A program made the translations under genes and the position numbers. Shown piece after piece: positions 9,461 through 18,077 of a stretch of 64,000 nt of DNA. Numbering within the stretch: the first letter of the stretch is position 1; the number at the start of each line of letters is the position of its first letter. Source of the stretch: Dehalococcoidia bacterium (lineage in GTDB: Bacteria > Chloroflexota > Dehalococcoidia > Lucifugimonadales > JADFKI01); the NCBI GenBank assembly GCA_965207465.1, contig OZ242283.1, positions 1,094,429 through 1,158,428 on the forward strand, written 5' to 3'. Under the pieces are notes generated by a model. That model was not told where the DNA came from, ran no database searches, and saw only the letters and a program-made list of their open reading frames with translations.

Positions 9461-10288
9461 CTAGGCGTGGTTCCCATGGATAAAGTGGTCGGAGACGAAT
9501 TCTGCGCCGTGCGAGGCATAGAGCTCTTGAAAGACTTCCGGCGTGAAGGCTTCTTCAGGAGGTCCGCAGGCGCATACATAGCAGTTGATGCAGAGTACGG
9601 AGTCGAAGCGTTGGACAAGGTTGGTGAGGTCGTGTGTTGCAAGCAGGATAATCTTGCCTTCGTCGCGCAGCGAACGCAGTACCTCAACGATGGTTTCTTG
9701 AGCGCCGACGTCCACGCCGCTGAAGGCTTCGTCGAGCAGAATGACGGTTGCCTCCTGAGCGAGAGCGCGAGCGATGAAAACTCTCTGGCGCTGACCGCCG
9801 GAGAGCTCGGTTACCAGATCATTGCGTTGTTCCCATAGATTGACGCGCTCGAGGCAGAGGCGAACTACATCCTTGTCTCGCTTGCCAGATTGTCGCGGCC
9901 AGCCGATGTTCCAGTTTCTGCCCATCATAACAACATCGGCAACCGTTGCCGGAAACGCCCAGTTAATGCTGTCGCGCTGCGGGACATAAGCGAGCGCGCT
10001 GGGAAGGGCAGCAAGTCCATGCAAGGTTACTCTGCCTTCTGCGATGGGCAAGGTTCCGGCAATCGCACCAAACAGCGAACTCTTACCAGCGCCGTTGGGT
10101 CCTAGCACTCCGAACAGCGTGCCGGGGCCGACTGAAAAGGTTACGCCGGATAACACCGTATGACCGCCCCGAACGACGGTTACATCTTCCACAGATATAC
10201 CGGCATCGGCAGAAATGACTCCGTCGCAGGCGTACTGCGACGAAGCTTGAGTCTGCGCCACTTGAGTCTGCGTCAAATGATTTCTCAC
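9461..10288 (-). CDS. znuC: Metal (probably zinc) ABC transporter ATP-binding protein
   Basis: Walker A GPNGAGKSSLF and signature LSGGQRQRVFIARAL. The true start may be downstream of the annotated first Met. Confidence 0.85.
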   Translation of the reverse strand: MRNHLTQTQVAQTQASSQYACDGVISADAGISVEDVTVVRGGHTVLSGVTFSVGPGTLFGVLGPNGAGKSSLFGAIAGTLPIAEGRVTLHGLAALPSALAYVPQRDSINWAFPATVADVVMMGRNWNIGWPRQSGKRDKDVVRLCLERVNLWEQRNDLVTELSGGQRQRVFIARALAQEATVILLDEAFSGVDVGAQETIVEVLRSLRDEGKIILLATHDLTNLVQRFDSVLCINCYVCACGPPEEAFTPEVFQELYASHGAEFVSDHFIHGNHA

Positions 10289-10371
10289 CTGCTCCCCCCT
10301 TTCGCCTCAGACGCCTGGGCCGCCGCCGAGGAGGGTAACCGGCAAACGGCCCATGCGGGGAAAAGATGACA

Positions 10372-12006
10372 TTACTTCAAAGCCGAAACGATGCGCTCGA
10401 CATTGGTGCGGAACATGCCGATGTAAGTGTCTGCTCCGCTACCCTCTTCTCCGAGCGACCCGGAGTATAGGCGAACAAGATCCGCGCCGGATTCATCGGC
10501 GATTGACTTCGCGATTCGTTCGCTCACAGTCGTTTCACCGAAGATCGCCGGCACGCCGTAGTCTTCGATATCGTGGCTCAACTCAGCGAGGTCCGCAGGC
10601 GTAGGCTCTACCTCTGTCGTAGTGGACAGGATCACGCCCACGACCTCGAAGTCATAAAGGTTCGCAAAGTAGCCTAGGCTGTCATGCGAAGTAACCAAGA
10701 GCCTTCTGTCCTCTTCGACTGCCGACACCTGCTCCTGAATCCAGAAATGCAGTTCGTTGAGTTCGGAATTGAATGCGGACGCGTTGGACGTGAAAATGTT
10801 CCTTCCGTCGGGGTCGAGAACCGACAGCCTCGCGGCGATGTCATTGATGGCGGACTTCACACGGAGGGGGTCGAACCAGAAATGCGGATCATAGGTACCG
10901 TGCCCGTGCCCTGCGTGCGCGTCCTCTCCCTCTTCAGCGAGGTGGTGGATTTCCTCTATGGCTGCGTCGGCGTCGAGTTGACCGGCATGCACTTGGGCGA
11001 CTAACTGGAGGACCATTTCGGGAAGGTGCATTCTCTCCTCACCATGTTCCTCGTCGTGGTCGTGGTCTTCGTGGTCCTCGTCGTGGTCGTGGTCCTCGTG
11101 ATCCTCGTCCTCGTCGTGGTCGTGGTCCTCGTCTTCGTCGTGGTCGTGGTCCTCGTGGTCTTCGTCTTCGTCGTGGTCGTGGTCCTCGTGGTCTTCGTCT
11201 TCGTCGTGGTCGTGGCCCTCGTGATCTTCGTCTTCGTCGTGGTCGTGGTCCTCGTCTTCATGCTCATGACCATCATGGTCGTCGTGCTCGTGAGCCGCTT
11301 CTAACGCCTCCACGATCTCTTCCAAGCCCTCATCGGCGGAGATTTCGCCATCTTCCACTTCGTGAATGATGTGGAGGAGCGCCTCGATGATTTCAACTTC
11401 CCCAGCGTGAGTTGCGCCAAATTCTATGGGGTCAATCACGTCAGTCAATTCGACGATGGCAGATTCGTCTCGCGCGGCGTTTTGCACAAGTTCGTGAAGC
11501 CATGACTCTTCAAGGCCCAAGCCCACACTCAGCACGAGGTCCGCTTCGGCAATTGCGACTACGTCTTGCGCGCCGGGTTGGAACGAGTGAGGATCCGCGC
11601 CTACCGGCAGCAGGCTGAATACATCCACTCTGTCGCCACCCACCGTTCGCGCCCAGTCGGCGACTATGTTCGTTGTTGTAACGACTCTGATCTTCTCAAC
11701 TGGCGCTCCCAGCGCGCGCGAGGGCAGCGCGGTAGCAGCGGGTTGTTGCTGTTGCGTAGTGGGAGCCGACTGGGGCTGCTGCGCCGCAGCGGCCGGCTGG
11801 GGCTGCGATGCGGTGGCGGCTGGCCGTGGTTGCTGTGCCACGGCAGCTGGCTGGGGCTGGGACTGCTGCGCTGCGACGGCTGGCTGGGACTGGGACTGTG
11901 GTGCGACAGTCTGACCAGTATCAGAACAGGCAAAAAGAAAGAATAAAAGCGTGAGTGATAATGCTATTGCAAAGGCTGTGCCATGATTTCTAATACTCAG
12001 TATCAT
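10372..12006 (-). CDS. znuA: Zinc ABC transporter substrate-binding lipoprotein with Gln/Pro/Ala tether and a very long His/Asp/Glu-rich loop
   Basis: 544 aa. Lipobox FLFAC. The Q/P/A-rich segment covers about residues 35-95. Cluster-9 SBP motifs are present (GADPHSFQP, YDPHFWFDP). An ~85-aa HEHEDEDHDHDEDEDHE... insertion is present. Confidence 0.85.
   Translation of the reverse strand: MILSIRNHGTAFAIALSLTLLFFLFACSDTGQTVAPQSQSQPAVAAQQSQPQPAAVAQQPRPAATASQPQPAAAAQQPQSAPTTQQQQPAATALPSRALGAPVEKIRVVTTTNIVADWARTVGGDRVDVFSLLPVGADPHSFQPGAQDVVAIAEADLVLSVGLGLEESWLHELVQNAARDESAIVELTDVIDPIEFGATHAGEVEIIEALLHIIHEVEDGEISADEGLEEIVEALEAAHEHDDHDGHEHEDEDHDHDEDEDHEGHDHDEDEDHEDHDHDEDEDHEDHDHDEDEDHDHDEDEDHEDHDHDEDHEDHDHDEEHGEERMHLPEMVLQLVAQVHAGQLDADAAIEEIHHLAEEGEDAHAGHGHGTYDPHFWFDPLRVKSAINDIAARLSVLDPDGRNIFTSNASAFNSELNELHFWIQEQVSAVEEDRRLLVTSHDSLGYFANLYDFEVVGVILSTTTEVEPTPADLAELSHDIEDYGVPAIFGETTVSERIAKSIADESGADLVRLYSGSLGEEGSGADTYIGMFRTNVERIVSALK
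11047..11293. repeat. Coding tandem repeat (33-bp unit) specifying the ZnuA His/Asp/Glu loop
   Basis: Units at 11135-11167 and 11168-11200 are identical (TCGTCGTGGTCGTGGTCCTCGTGGTCTTCGTCT). Unit 11201-11233 has 2 mismatches. Degenerate or shortened copies flank them. Confidence 0.9.
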
Positions 12007-12105
12007 TAAATACCTCGGTCATCAAGCGATCTGATTTAGATTGTGGTGTTTATTTCGAAGTGCTAAAAGGCGTGCAGATTTAACGCATACAGCTATCTAG
12101 TCTCA

Positions 12106-12579
12106 TTAAGAGTGCCCGTGCATGTAAGAGTGCAGGTCTTGTCGAGGGGTCGCGCCACCATCTATGCACTGCTCGCAGACGACGTATAGCTCAATCCGGT
12201 GACCTATGATCTCGCCGGACAGGTCGTCGCCGATAATTCTCATCAGTCGTTCCACAGTTGCAGCACGGAATTCTCCCACCTTTCCGCAATTGACACAGAC
12301 TGTGTGATGGTGGTGTTCGACGCGGGACAGCATGTACCTAGGCGCTCCATCGAGCAAATTGAGCCTACAAATGATGCCTGTCTCCAAGAACAGCTTGAGT
12401 GTGCGAAACACCGTCGCCCTGCCAATGGTGGGCAGCTTTCTAACCACATCCTCCGCCGTGAAGCCTTCCTGCATATCTTCGATGACACGGACGATCGCTC
12501 TTCTGGGAACCGTCGAGCGATAGCCTCTATCTTCAAGGATTGCCATTATGTCAGGCCGAGACGAAAGTACAGTAGTCAT
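12106..12579 (-). CDS. zur: Fur-family transcriptional regulator, probably Zur
   Basis: 157 aa with a winged-helix N-terminus. Contains HHHHTVCVNCGKVGEF and CEQC metal sites. Sits at the head of the znuACB operon. Confidence 0.8.
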   Translation of the reverse strand: MTTVLSSRPDIMAILEDRGYRSTVPRRAIVRVIEDMQEGFTAEDVVRKLPTIGRATVFRTLKLFLETGIICRLNLLDGAPRYMLSRVEHHHHTVCVNCGKVGEFRAATVERLMRIIGDDLSGEIIGHRIELYVVCEQCIDGGATPRQDLHSYMHGHS

Positions 12580-12630
12580 GACAGTTCATCTCACAATTGT
12601 ACCTGCTAATTGGTACTTAATCTCTATCAG

Positions 12631-12643
12631 TGAATGATTTTCG
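12631..12643. promoter_or_regulatory. Candidate Zur/Fur-box half-site upstream of zur
   Basis: TGAATGATTTTCG lies 52-64 nt upstream of the zur start. It resembles the ATGATTTTCA half of Zur boxes, but the full palindrome is not present. Confidence 0.2.
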
Positions 12644-12919
12644 CAGGCAACTCTCAGCGTGTCAACCCCCGATCCTGAACAATTCTCATGATACTTAGCG
12701 AGGTCTTATTGATACAATCACTCAGTTGACGGGTCTCCTCAGCCTCGGCCTGCGTGCAATTGCGATTCTAGCGCAATGATACTTAAATTGAAATGATGAA
12801 AGGGCCGGGGCAGTCGGCAAACAGCAGGGATATGTGGTTGGACTTTCCCATCCAGTCTGGTAAACGCACATTGTCATAAGTTAGAATTCTGACGGTAAAC
12901 ATCCAGGAGGAGAAACGCT

Positions 12920-13387
12920 ATGGCAAAGATAGAGAATCGAATCGAGGAAATGGGAATCACGTTGCCCGACAGCCCGCAGCCAATCGCGAATTATGTGCCC
13001 GCAGTTCAGACGGGCAATCTGCTATTTGTGGCGGGCCTGGGCCCAGCCGCGCGGGAAGACGGCACCACGCCCAACGGCAAAGTGGGCAGCGACCTGACTC
13101 TTGAGGAAGGTTACGAAGCGGCAAGGTTGGTCGGAATAAACTTACTTTCCCGGCTGAAGAGCACACTCGGCGATCTGGACCGAGTCGAGCGCGTCGTGAA
13201 GCTATTGTCGATGGTGAACTGCGCGCCGGACTTCACCCAGCAGCCCCAAGTAGCAAATGGATGTTCGGACCTGTTGGTAGAGGTATTTGGAGACAAGGGA
13301 CGGCATGCGCGCTCGGCGGTCGGGATGACCTCGCTTCCGAACGACATTCCTGTGGAGATCGAGATGGTTGTTGAGATACGAGACTGA
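12920..13387 (+). CDS. RidA/YjgF family protein
   Basis: 155 aa with SD AGGAGGAG upstream. The C-terminus (RHARSAVGMTSLPNDIPVEIEMVVEI) is typical of the RidA/YjgF fold. Confidence 0.8.
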   Translation: MAKIENRIEEMGITLPDSPQPIANYVPAVQTGNLLFVAGLGPAAREDGTTPNGKVGSDLTLEEGYEAARLVGINLLSRLKSTLGDLDRVERVVKLLSMVNCAPDFTQQPQVANGCSDLLVEVFGDKGRHARSAVGMTSLPNDIPVEIEMVVEIRD

Positions 13388-13425
13388 ATGCTTGGCGGGT
13401 ACTCCAGGGATGAGGACAAGGCAGG

Positions 13426-13527
13426 TCAGTTTGCCTCGCGCAGGCTGGCGATGAGAAAGTAGATCACAACCGGCAGAATTAGCAGCCAGAGAATCAGGCG
13501 AGGGGGCAGTCGTTTCAGAAAGTTCAT
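13426..13527 (-). CDS. Possible 33-aa single-pass membrane peptide (absent from the ORF track)
   Basis: The ORF from ATG to TGA encodes MNFLKRLPPRLILWLLILPVVIYFLIASLREAN. GAGGG lies ~9 nt upstream. No homology evidence. Confidence 0.25.
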   Translation of the reverse strand: MNFLKRLPPRLILWLLILPVVIYFLIASLREAN

Positions 13528-13593
13528 CCAGGTAAGCCCTCACTTGTGGAATAATTCTAATGAGTCAATTGTAACACGGGCGCTGACGGTGAA

Positions 13594-14421
13594 ATGGGAT
13601 ACAGACTAATCGCACTTGACGTTGACGGGACGATTCGCAGCGGCAGTAATCCAATTGCAGAGAGAACGCGCAGGGCAATCGACGCAGCGCGTCAAGCAGG
13701 CGCTATTGTAACGCTTGCGACGGGCCGCGCTTACAGGTCGGCGATAGTGAACAGCGCGGCGCTGGACATTGACGTGCCAATCTCCACATCGCAGGGGGCA
13801 TACATCGCCGATCCCATCAGCGGCGAAGTGTTTCGGCACTGCCCTCTCACAGAAGATATGGCGCTCGCCACATTGGACGGGCTTGAAGAGCATACTTGCC
13901 CGAACGAATCTAGTACACAGGTTGTGGCGTACTATCCCGGCATTATGTACGTGGACAAGATGAGCGAATGGGCGGACTCGTACGGTAAGCGCACTGAGCT
14001 AGACGTGAGGTTCGTGCGCAATTTGCGCGAGGTCGCAGGCGAAGGCCTCACGCGAATAGTAGCTGTGGGAGAGGACACCGCTATCGAGGCATTGGAGCGC
14101 GGTATCAAGCCCAGCTTGTCTATGAGTGTGCTTGTTATGAGATCGTTGCCGCACTTCTGCGAAATTCTGCATCCGAGAGGAGGCAAGGAAGACGCACTCG
14201 GCTGGATGTGCGAGCGCTTCGGAATTGAGCGTTCGGAGACAATTGCGTTCGGCAACGGGTACAACGATGTGCAGATGCTGGAATGGGCAGGATTGGGAAT
14301 CGCGGTCGGTGATGCCGTGCCGGAGGCGCTTGCTGCGGCGGACAGTGTTGCTCCGCCGTTCGAGGAGCATGGCGTCGCGCAAGTGCTGGAAGAACTTCTG
14401 GACAAGGGAATGATCGGGTAA
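13594..14421 (+). CDS. Cof-type HAD-IIB family hydrolase
   Basis: 275 aa. Contains motif I (IALDVDGTI), GRAY, and the C-terminal GNGYNDVQMLEWAGLGIAVGDA. Confidence 0.85.
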   Translation: MGYRLIALDVDGTIRSGSNPIAERTRRAIDAARQAGAIVTLATGRAYRSAIVNSAALDIDVPISTSQGAYIADPISGEVFRHCPLTEDMALATLDGLEEHTCPNESSTQVVAYYPGIMYVDKMSEWADSYGKRTELDVRFVRNLREVAGEGLTRIVAVGEDTAIEALERGIKPSLSMSVLVMRSLPHFCEILHPRGGKEDALGWMCERFGIERSETIAFGNGYNDVQMLEWAGLGIAVGDAVPEALAAADSVAPPFEEHGVAQVLEELLDKGMIG

Positions 14422-14426
14422 GGTCA

Positions 14427-15371
14427 ATGACGCCAGAGGACAATGCGAGCAGGCCTATTATCGTGGTGTTGGGCGGCATAAATATGGATGTTGTCGCCAA
14501 TGTACACAGGATGCCCGAGGCGGGCGAGACCGTGCATGGCGATAAATTCTTCATGACCGGGGGAGGCAAAGGAGCGAACCAGGCGGTAGCGGCGGCAAGA
14601 CTTGGCGCCGATGTGCGGATGGTGGGCAGAGTTGGCGACGATGACTTCGGGAGGACGCTGCTGGACGCGTTGCGCTCAGAGGGAATCGATGTAGGCGGTG
14701 TCGCGCCGGACCCATCGAATGCCACAGGGGTCGCTGTGATAATGGTGGACGCCTCTGGTCAGAACTGCATCGCTGAAATATACGGAGCGAACAGGGCAAG
14801 CGACGAGACACAGCTAGACGCCGCGAAGAGGGCGATGGAAGGCGCAGACGCGCTGTTGCTGCAACTCGAGACACCACCGGAGGTCTCGCTGGAGGCCGCA
14901 AGATACGCGCGGAGAACAGGGGTGTGTGTCATCTGGGACCCGGCGCCTGCCGCCGAAATGCCCGGGGATGGATTCAGTGTAGCGGACTTCCTGACACCCA
15001 ACGAAACTGAGGCAGAGGCGCTCACGGGCATTCGCGTTGAAGACGAGGATTCAGCGCGGCAAGCCGCGGAAGTTCTGATAGCAAAAGGTGTGGGCGCGGC
15101 GGTGATAACTCTAGGCGAACGCGGAGTGTACGCCATTACGGAGGATGAGCGTTATCTTGTGCCGCCTGTTGAGGTAGAAATGGTGGACAGCGTAGCCGCA
15201 GGTGACGCCTTTGCCGCCGGGCTTGCGGTTGCGATCTCGGAAGGTTTTAGATTCCAGGATGCCCTGAAGTTCGGCGCTGCTTCCGGCGGGCTGGCGGTAA
15301 CGAGGCCCGGGGCCAGGGACGCCATGCCTTCTCGTGAGGAAGTCGAGGCGCTGCTATCAAACGCCGGATGA
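14427..15371 (+). CDS. rbsK: Ribokinase
   Basis: 314 aa. Contains GGINMDVV, GGKGANQAVAAARLG and DSVAAGDAFAAGLAV (PfkB signatures). Confidence 0.85.
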   Translation: MTPEDNASRPIIVVLGGINMDVVANVHRMPEAGETVHGDKFFMTGGGKGANQAVAAARLGADVRMVGRVGDDDFGRTLLDALRSEGIDVGGVAPDPSNATGVAVIMVDASGQNCIAEIYGANRASDETQLDAAKRAMEGADALLLQLETPPEVSLEAARYARRTGVCVIWDPAPAAEMPGDGFSVADFLTPNETEAEALTGIRVEDEDSARQAAEVLIAKGVGAAVITLGERGVYAITEDERYLVPPVEVEMVDSVAAGDAFAAGLAVAISEGFRFQDALKFGAASGGLAVTRPGARDAMPSREEVEALLSNAG

Positions 15372-15432
15372 AGAAAGAGCATCGCAGATTTTTCAGTCGC
15401 GTCCTGCGTCTTCCTCCATGAAACTATTGCCC

Positions 15433-15479
15433 ATAAACAACCCACACTGATAGACTTGTGCACCGTGTGGGTTGTTTAT
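15433..15479 (+). terminator. Perfect 15-bp stem hairpin downstream of rbsK
   Basis: ATAAACAACCCACAC (15433-15447) pairs with GTGTGGGTTGTTTAT (15465-15479), with a 17-nt loop. There is no clean U-tract. Confidence 0.5.
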
Positions 15480-15525
15480 ACATCACATCTATGTAATTTA
15501 TACGACCTCATAGAGGAGTACGCAA

Positions 15526-17976
15526 ATGCCGAGGAGATGGAGACAAGCCGCGACCGTTCTGGTTACTGTGGCCGCAGTTGGGGCACTTCTGGCCACACTG
15601 CTGGCCGATGCAGACAGATCAAGGGTAGAGGCTCAGACGGCAGACACGCCGACGCCGGTGCCGACGAGCGCACCCACCGAAGGCAGCGACACCGAAGTAT
15701 GGGCGTCTCCGATACTAGGCGACAAGACTAACCCACCACTGTACGGCAAAATGGACGCCTTTCTCAACGGCCTGATTGCGGAGGTTGAGCAGGACGTTGT
15801 TTCTGAGCAGGCTGTCGCGGCGCAAGCGCCATTCAGCGATGGCCAGTCCGTCGGAGTCGGCATTCTCGTCGAAGAAGCGCAACAGGACGAAGTTAAGCGA
15901 CATATTGAAGCCAGCGGAGGCTCAATTCGGCGCGACGCCGAGGGTTACATAGAGGCGTATGTGCCGGTCTCCGAATTGGCAGGAGTGTCCGAGCTGGAAG
16001 GTGTCATCAACATAGAAACGTTGATTCCCTTCCAGCCTTTGCAGGGAGATGTCGTGGGTGAGGGGGCGCTTGTGCACGGCGCCGATGTGTGGCAAGCCGC
16101 CGGCTTCAGGGGCGAGGGAACGAAGATTGGAATCGTTGACCTCGGCTTCATCGGATTTGAGGATGCCATTGGCGTCGAGCTGCCGACCGAGGATAAATCG
16201 CATTTCCTCTGCTTTGACCCGGAAGGCGCCGTTTCCAATGATGTGGAAATGTGTGAGTATTTCACTGGGCATGGCACCTGGGTGACGGAAAGCGCCTTCG
16301 ACATCGCGCCGGAAGCGACATACTACATTACGAATCCATTAACGGACCTTGAATTGAGAGAAGCCATTATATGGTTGGTTGCGCATGATGTCGATGTTTT
16401 GAATTTTTCGGTTGGTTCCACATGGGACGGCCCGGGGGACGGAACTTCGGCCGTATTCTTCCCGTACAGTCCGCTCAACACGGTAGATATTGCCGCCGAC
16501 GCTGGAATCCTATGGGTGAACGCGGCCGGGAACGAAGGTGAATCGACATGGTATGGAAGCTTCAACGACACGGACGGCGATGGTTTGCACAATTTCGCTG
16601 GCGACGCCGAATGCAATTCGATGCTGCTCCCATCCGAGGATAGATTGATTGCACAACTTCGGTGGGAGGATCCATGGGGCGCACCGGACACCGACTTGGA
16701 CCTTTTCTTGCTCAATCAACGGACCGGTGAAGTCGTAAGAACGAGCGAGAGATTCCAGATTCGCTATCCCATACCCTACGAACGGATCATTTTTACACCC
16801 GAGGTCAAAGGAATATACTGTCTGGTCGTAAAGAAGTTCAGCGGAGCCGACCCTGACTGGCTTCAAGTTCAGGCATTTACGAGCCAGGAATTGCAATACC
16901 TCTCGCCAGAACATAGCATAGGAAATCCGGCGGAGAGCGCGCATCCGGGTATGCTCGCAGCGGGCGCGGCGCCGTGGAACAACAATGCGGAGATCGAGCC
17001 ATTCAGCAGCCGGGGACCGACCACTGACGGCAGGATCAAGCCTGACATCGTAGGAGCGGACTTCGCGTACTCCGGAATCAGAGGCGGTCGCTGGCGGGGA
17101 ACAAGCCAGGCGGCGCCGCACATCACGGCTATGGCGGCGCTGGTGAAGCAGCTCTTCCCTGCCAAGAACAACGTGGAACTGGCAGAATACCTGAAGGAAA
17201 ACGCTGTGGAGCGTGGCGAACCAGGACCGGATAATATCTGGGGTTCTGGATTCGGTGTATTGCCTCGCGCTGACGCGCCAACGGATATCTGCTTCACGGG
17301 CATAGAAATCGACGAAACTGCATACGGAGAGGCCGGTGCAACAGGATTCAGCAGTGAATTGGAAGGCAGTTGGGGGGACTCGAGGTGTCTGTCCATCAAC
17401 AGGCCGGATAGTTCGAGGGGACCTGGCAACTACTACGCTCATTACTACACTTTCACGCTTCTTGCGGAAGCGATGGTCACGTTAGAGTTGAAGTCCGAAG
17501 AACAGGATTCATACCTGTATCTTATGGAAGGAACAGGTAAGGCAGGAAAGGTCATCGCGGAGCATGAAGAGCCTCTTGCAAACGACGCTCGGATTGAGAT
17601 AAAGCTTGAACCGGGCGACTTCACCATCGAGGTTACGACGTATTACGCTGAAAAGGCTGGGGACTTCACACTTCTGGTAGAGGTTACGCCCGAGGAGACG
17701 CTGCCGCCAGTAAAACCCGACCCTGATCCTGACCCAGCCGATGGCGGCTTTGTGGAAGTGAGCTACGGCTCAGACCACGCCTGCGCGCTTCATGCGGATG
17801 GATGGCTTGCGTGCTGGGGCTCGAACCAGTACGGCAAGAGGACGCCACCTGAAGGCGAGTACAAGTCGGTTAGCAGCGGCGAGCATGGTAGTTGCGCGAT
17901 ACGAGAAGCAGACGGAACAGTGGTCTGCTGGGGTATATTTGAAGTCGGTCAGGACGAGTCTGACGACGAAGAGTAG
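15526..17976 (+). CDS. Secreted subtilisin-like (S8) peptidase with PPC-like domain and C-terminal RCC1-like repeats
   Basis: 816 aa with SD AGAGGAG and an N-terminal signal/TM. Catalytic triad context: IGIVDLGF (D), GHGTWVTE (H), GTSQAAPH (S). PPC-like segment at approx 17380-17690. Residues 740-816 carry two WG-type RCC1-like repeats. Confidence 0.85.
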   Translation: MPRRWRQAATVLVTVAAVGALLATLLADADRSRVEAQTADTPTPVPTSAPTEGSDTEVWASPILGDKTNPPLYGKMDAFLNGLIAEVEQDVVSEQAVAAQAPFSDGQSVGVGILVEEAQQDEVKRHIEASGGSIRRDAEGYIEAYVPVSELAGVSELEGVINIETLIPFQPLQGDVVGEGALVHGADVWQAAGFRGEGTKIGIVDLGFIGFEDAIGVELPTEDKSHFLCFDPEGAVSNDVEMCEYFTGHGTWVTESAFDIAPEATYYITNPLTDLELREAIIWLVAHDVDVLNFSVGSTWDGPGDGTSAVFFPYSPLNTVDIAADAGILWVNAAGNEGESTWYGSFNDTDGDGLHNFAGDAECNSMLLPSEDRLIAQLRWEDPWGAPDTDLDLFLLNQRTGEVVRTSERFQIRYPIPYERIIFTPEVKGIYCLVVKKFSGADPDWLQVQAFTSQELQYLSPEHSIGNPAESAHPGMLAAGAAPWNNNAEIEPFSSRGPTTDGRIKPDIVGADFAYSGIRGGRWRGTSQAAPHITAMAALVKQLFPAKNNVELAEYLKENAVERGEPGPDNIWGSGFGVLPRADAPTDICFTGIEIDETAYGEAGATGFSSELEGSWGDSRCLSINRPDSSRGPGNYYAHYYTFTLLAEAMVTLELKSEEQDSYLYLMEGTGKAGKVIAEHEEPLANDARIEIKLEPGDFTIEVTTYYAEKAGDFTLLVEVTPEETLPPVKPDPDPDPADGGFVEVSYGSDHACALHADGWLACWGSNQYGKRTPPEGEYKSVSSGEHGSCAIREADGTVVCWGIFEVGQDESDDEE

Positions 17977-18011
17977 GCCGTCCAACAGCAACGGCAAAAC
18001 ATGCAGGAATG

Positions 18012-18049
18012 AAGGCGGGCGGAGGACCGATAAATCCTGCGCCCGCCTT
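18012..18049. terminator. Hairpin between convergent S8 peptidase and pyrD genes
   Basis: AAGGCGGGCG (18012-18021) pairs with CGCCCGCCTT (18040-18049). Confidence 0.5.
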
Positions 18050-18077
18050 GTATGTGCCGTAGAGTCAACGCGGCGCG

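Noticed and set aside
11001-11304. ORFs encoding T/K/R-rich and V-rich low-complexity peptides
   Set aside because: They are alternative-frame or opposite-strand readings of the 33-bp tandem repeat that encodes the ZnuA His/Asp/Glu loop.
12601-12625. GTACC-N8-GGTAC inverted repeat upstream of zur as an operator
   Set aside because: The arms are only 5 bp and it does not resemble Fur/Zur boxes, so it is likely chance.
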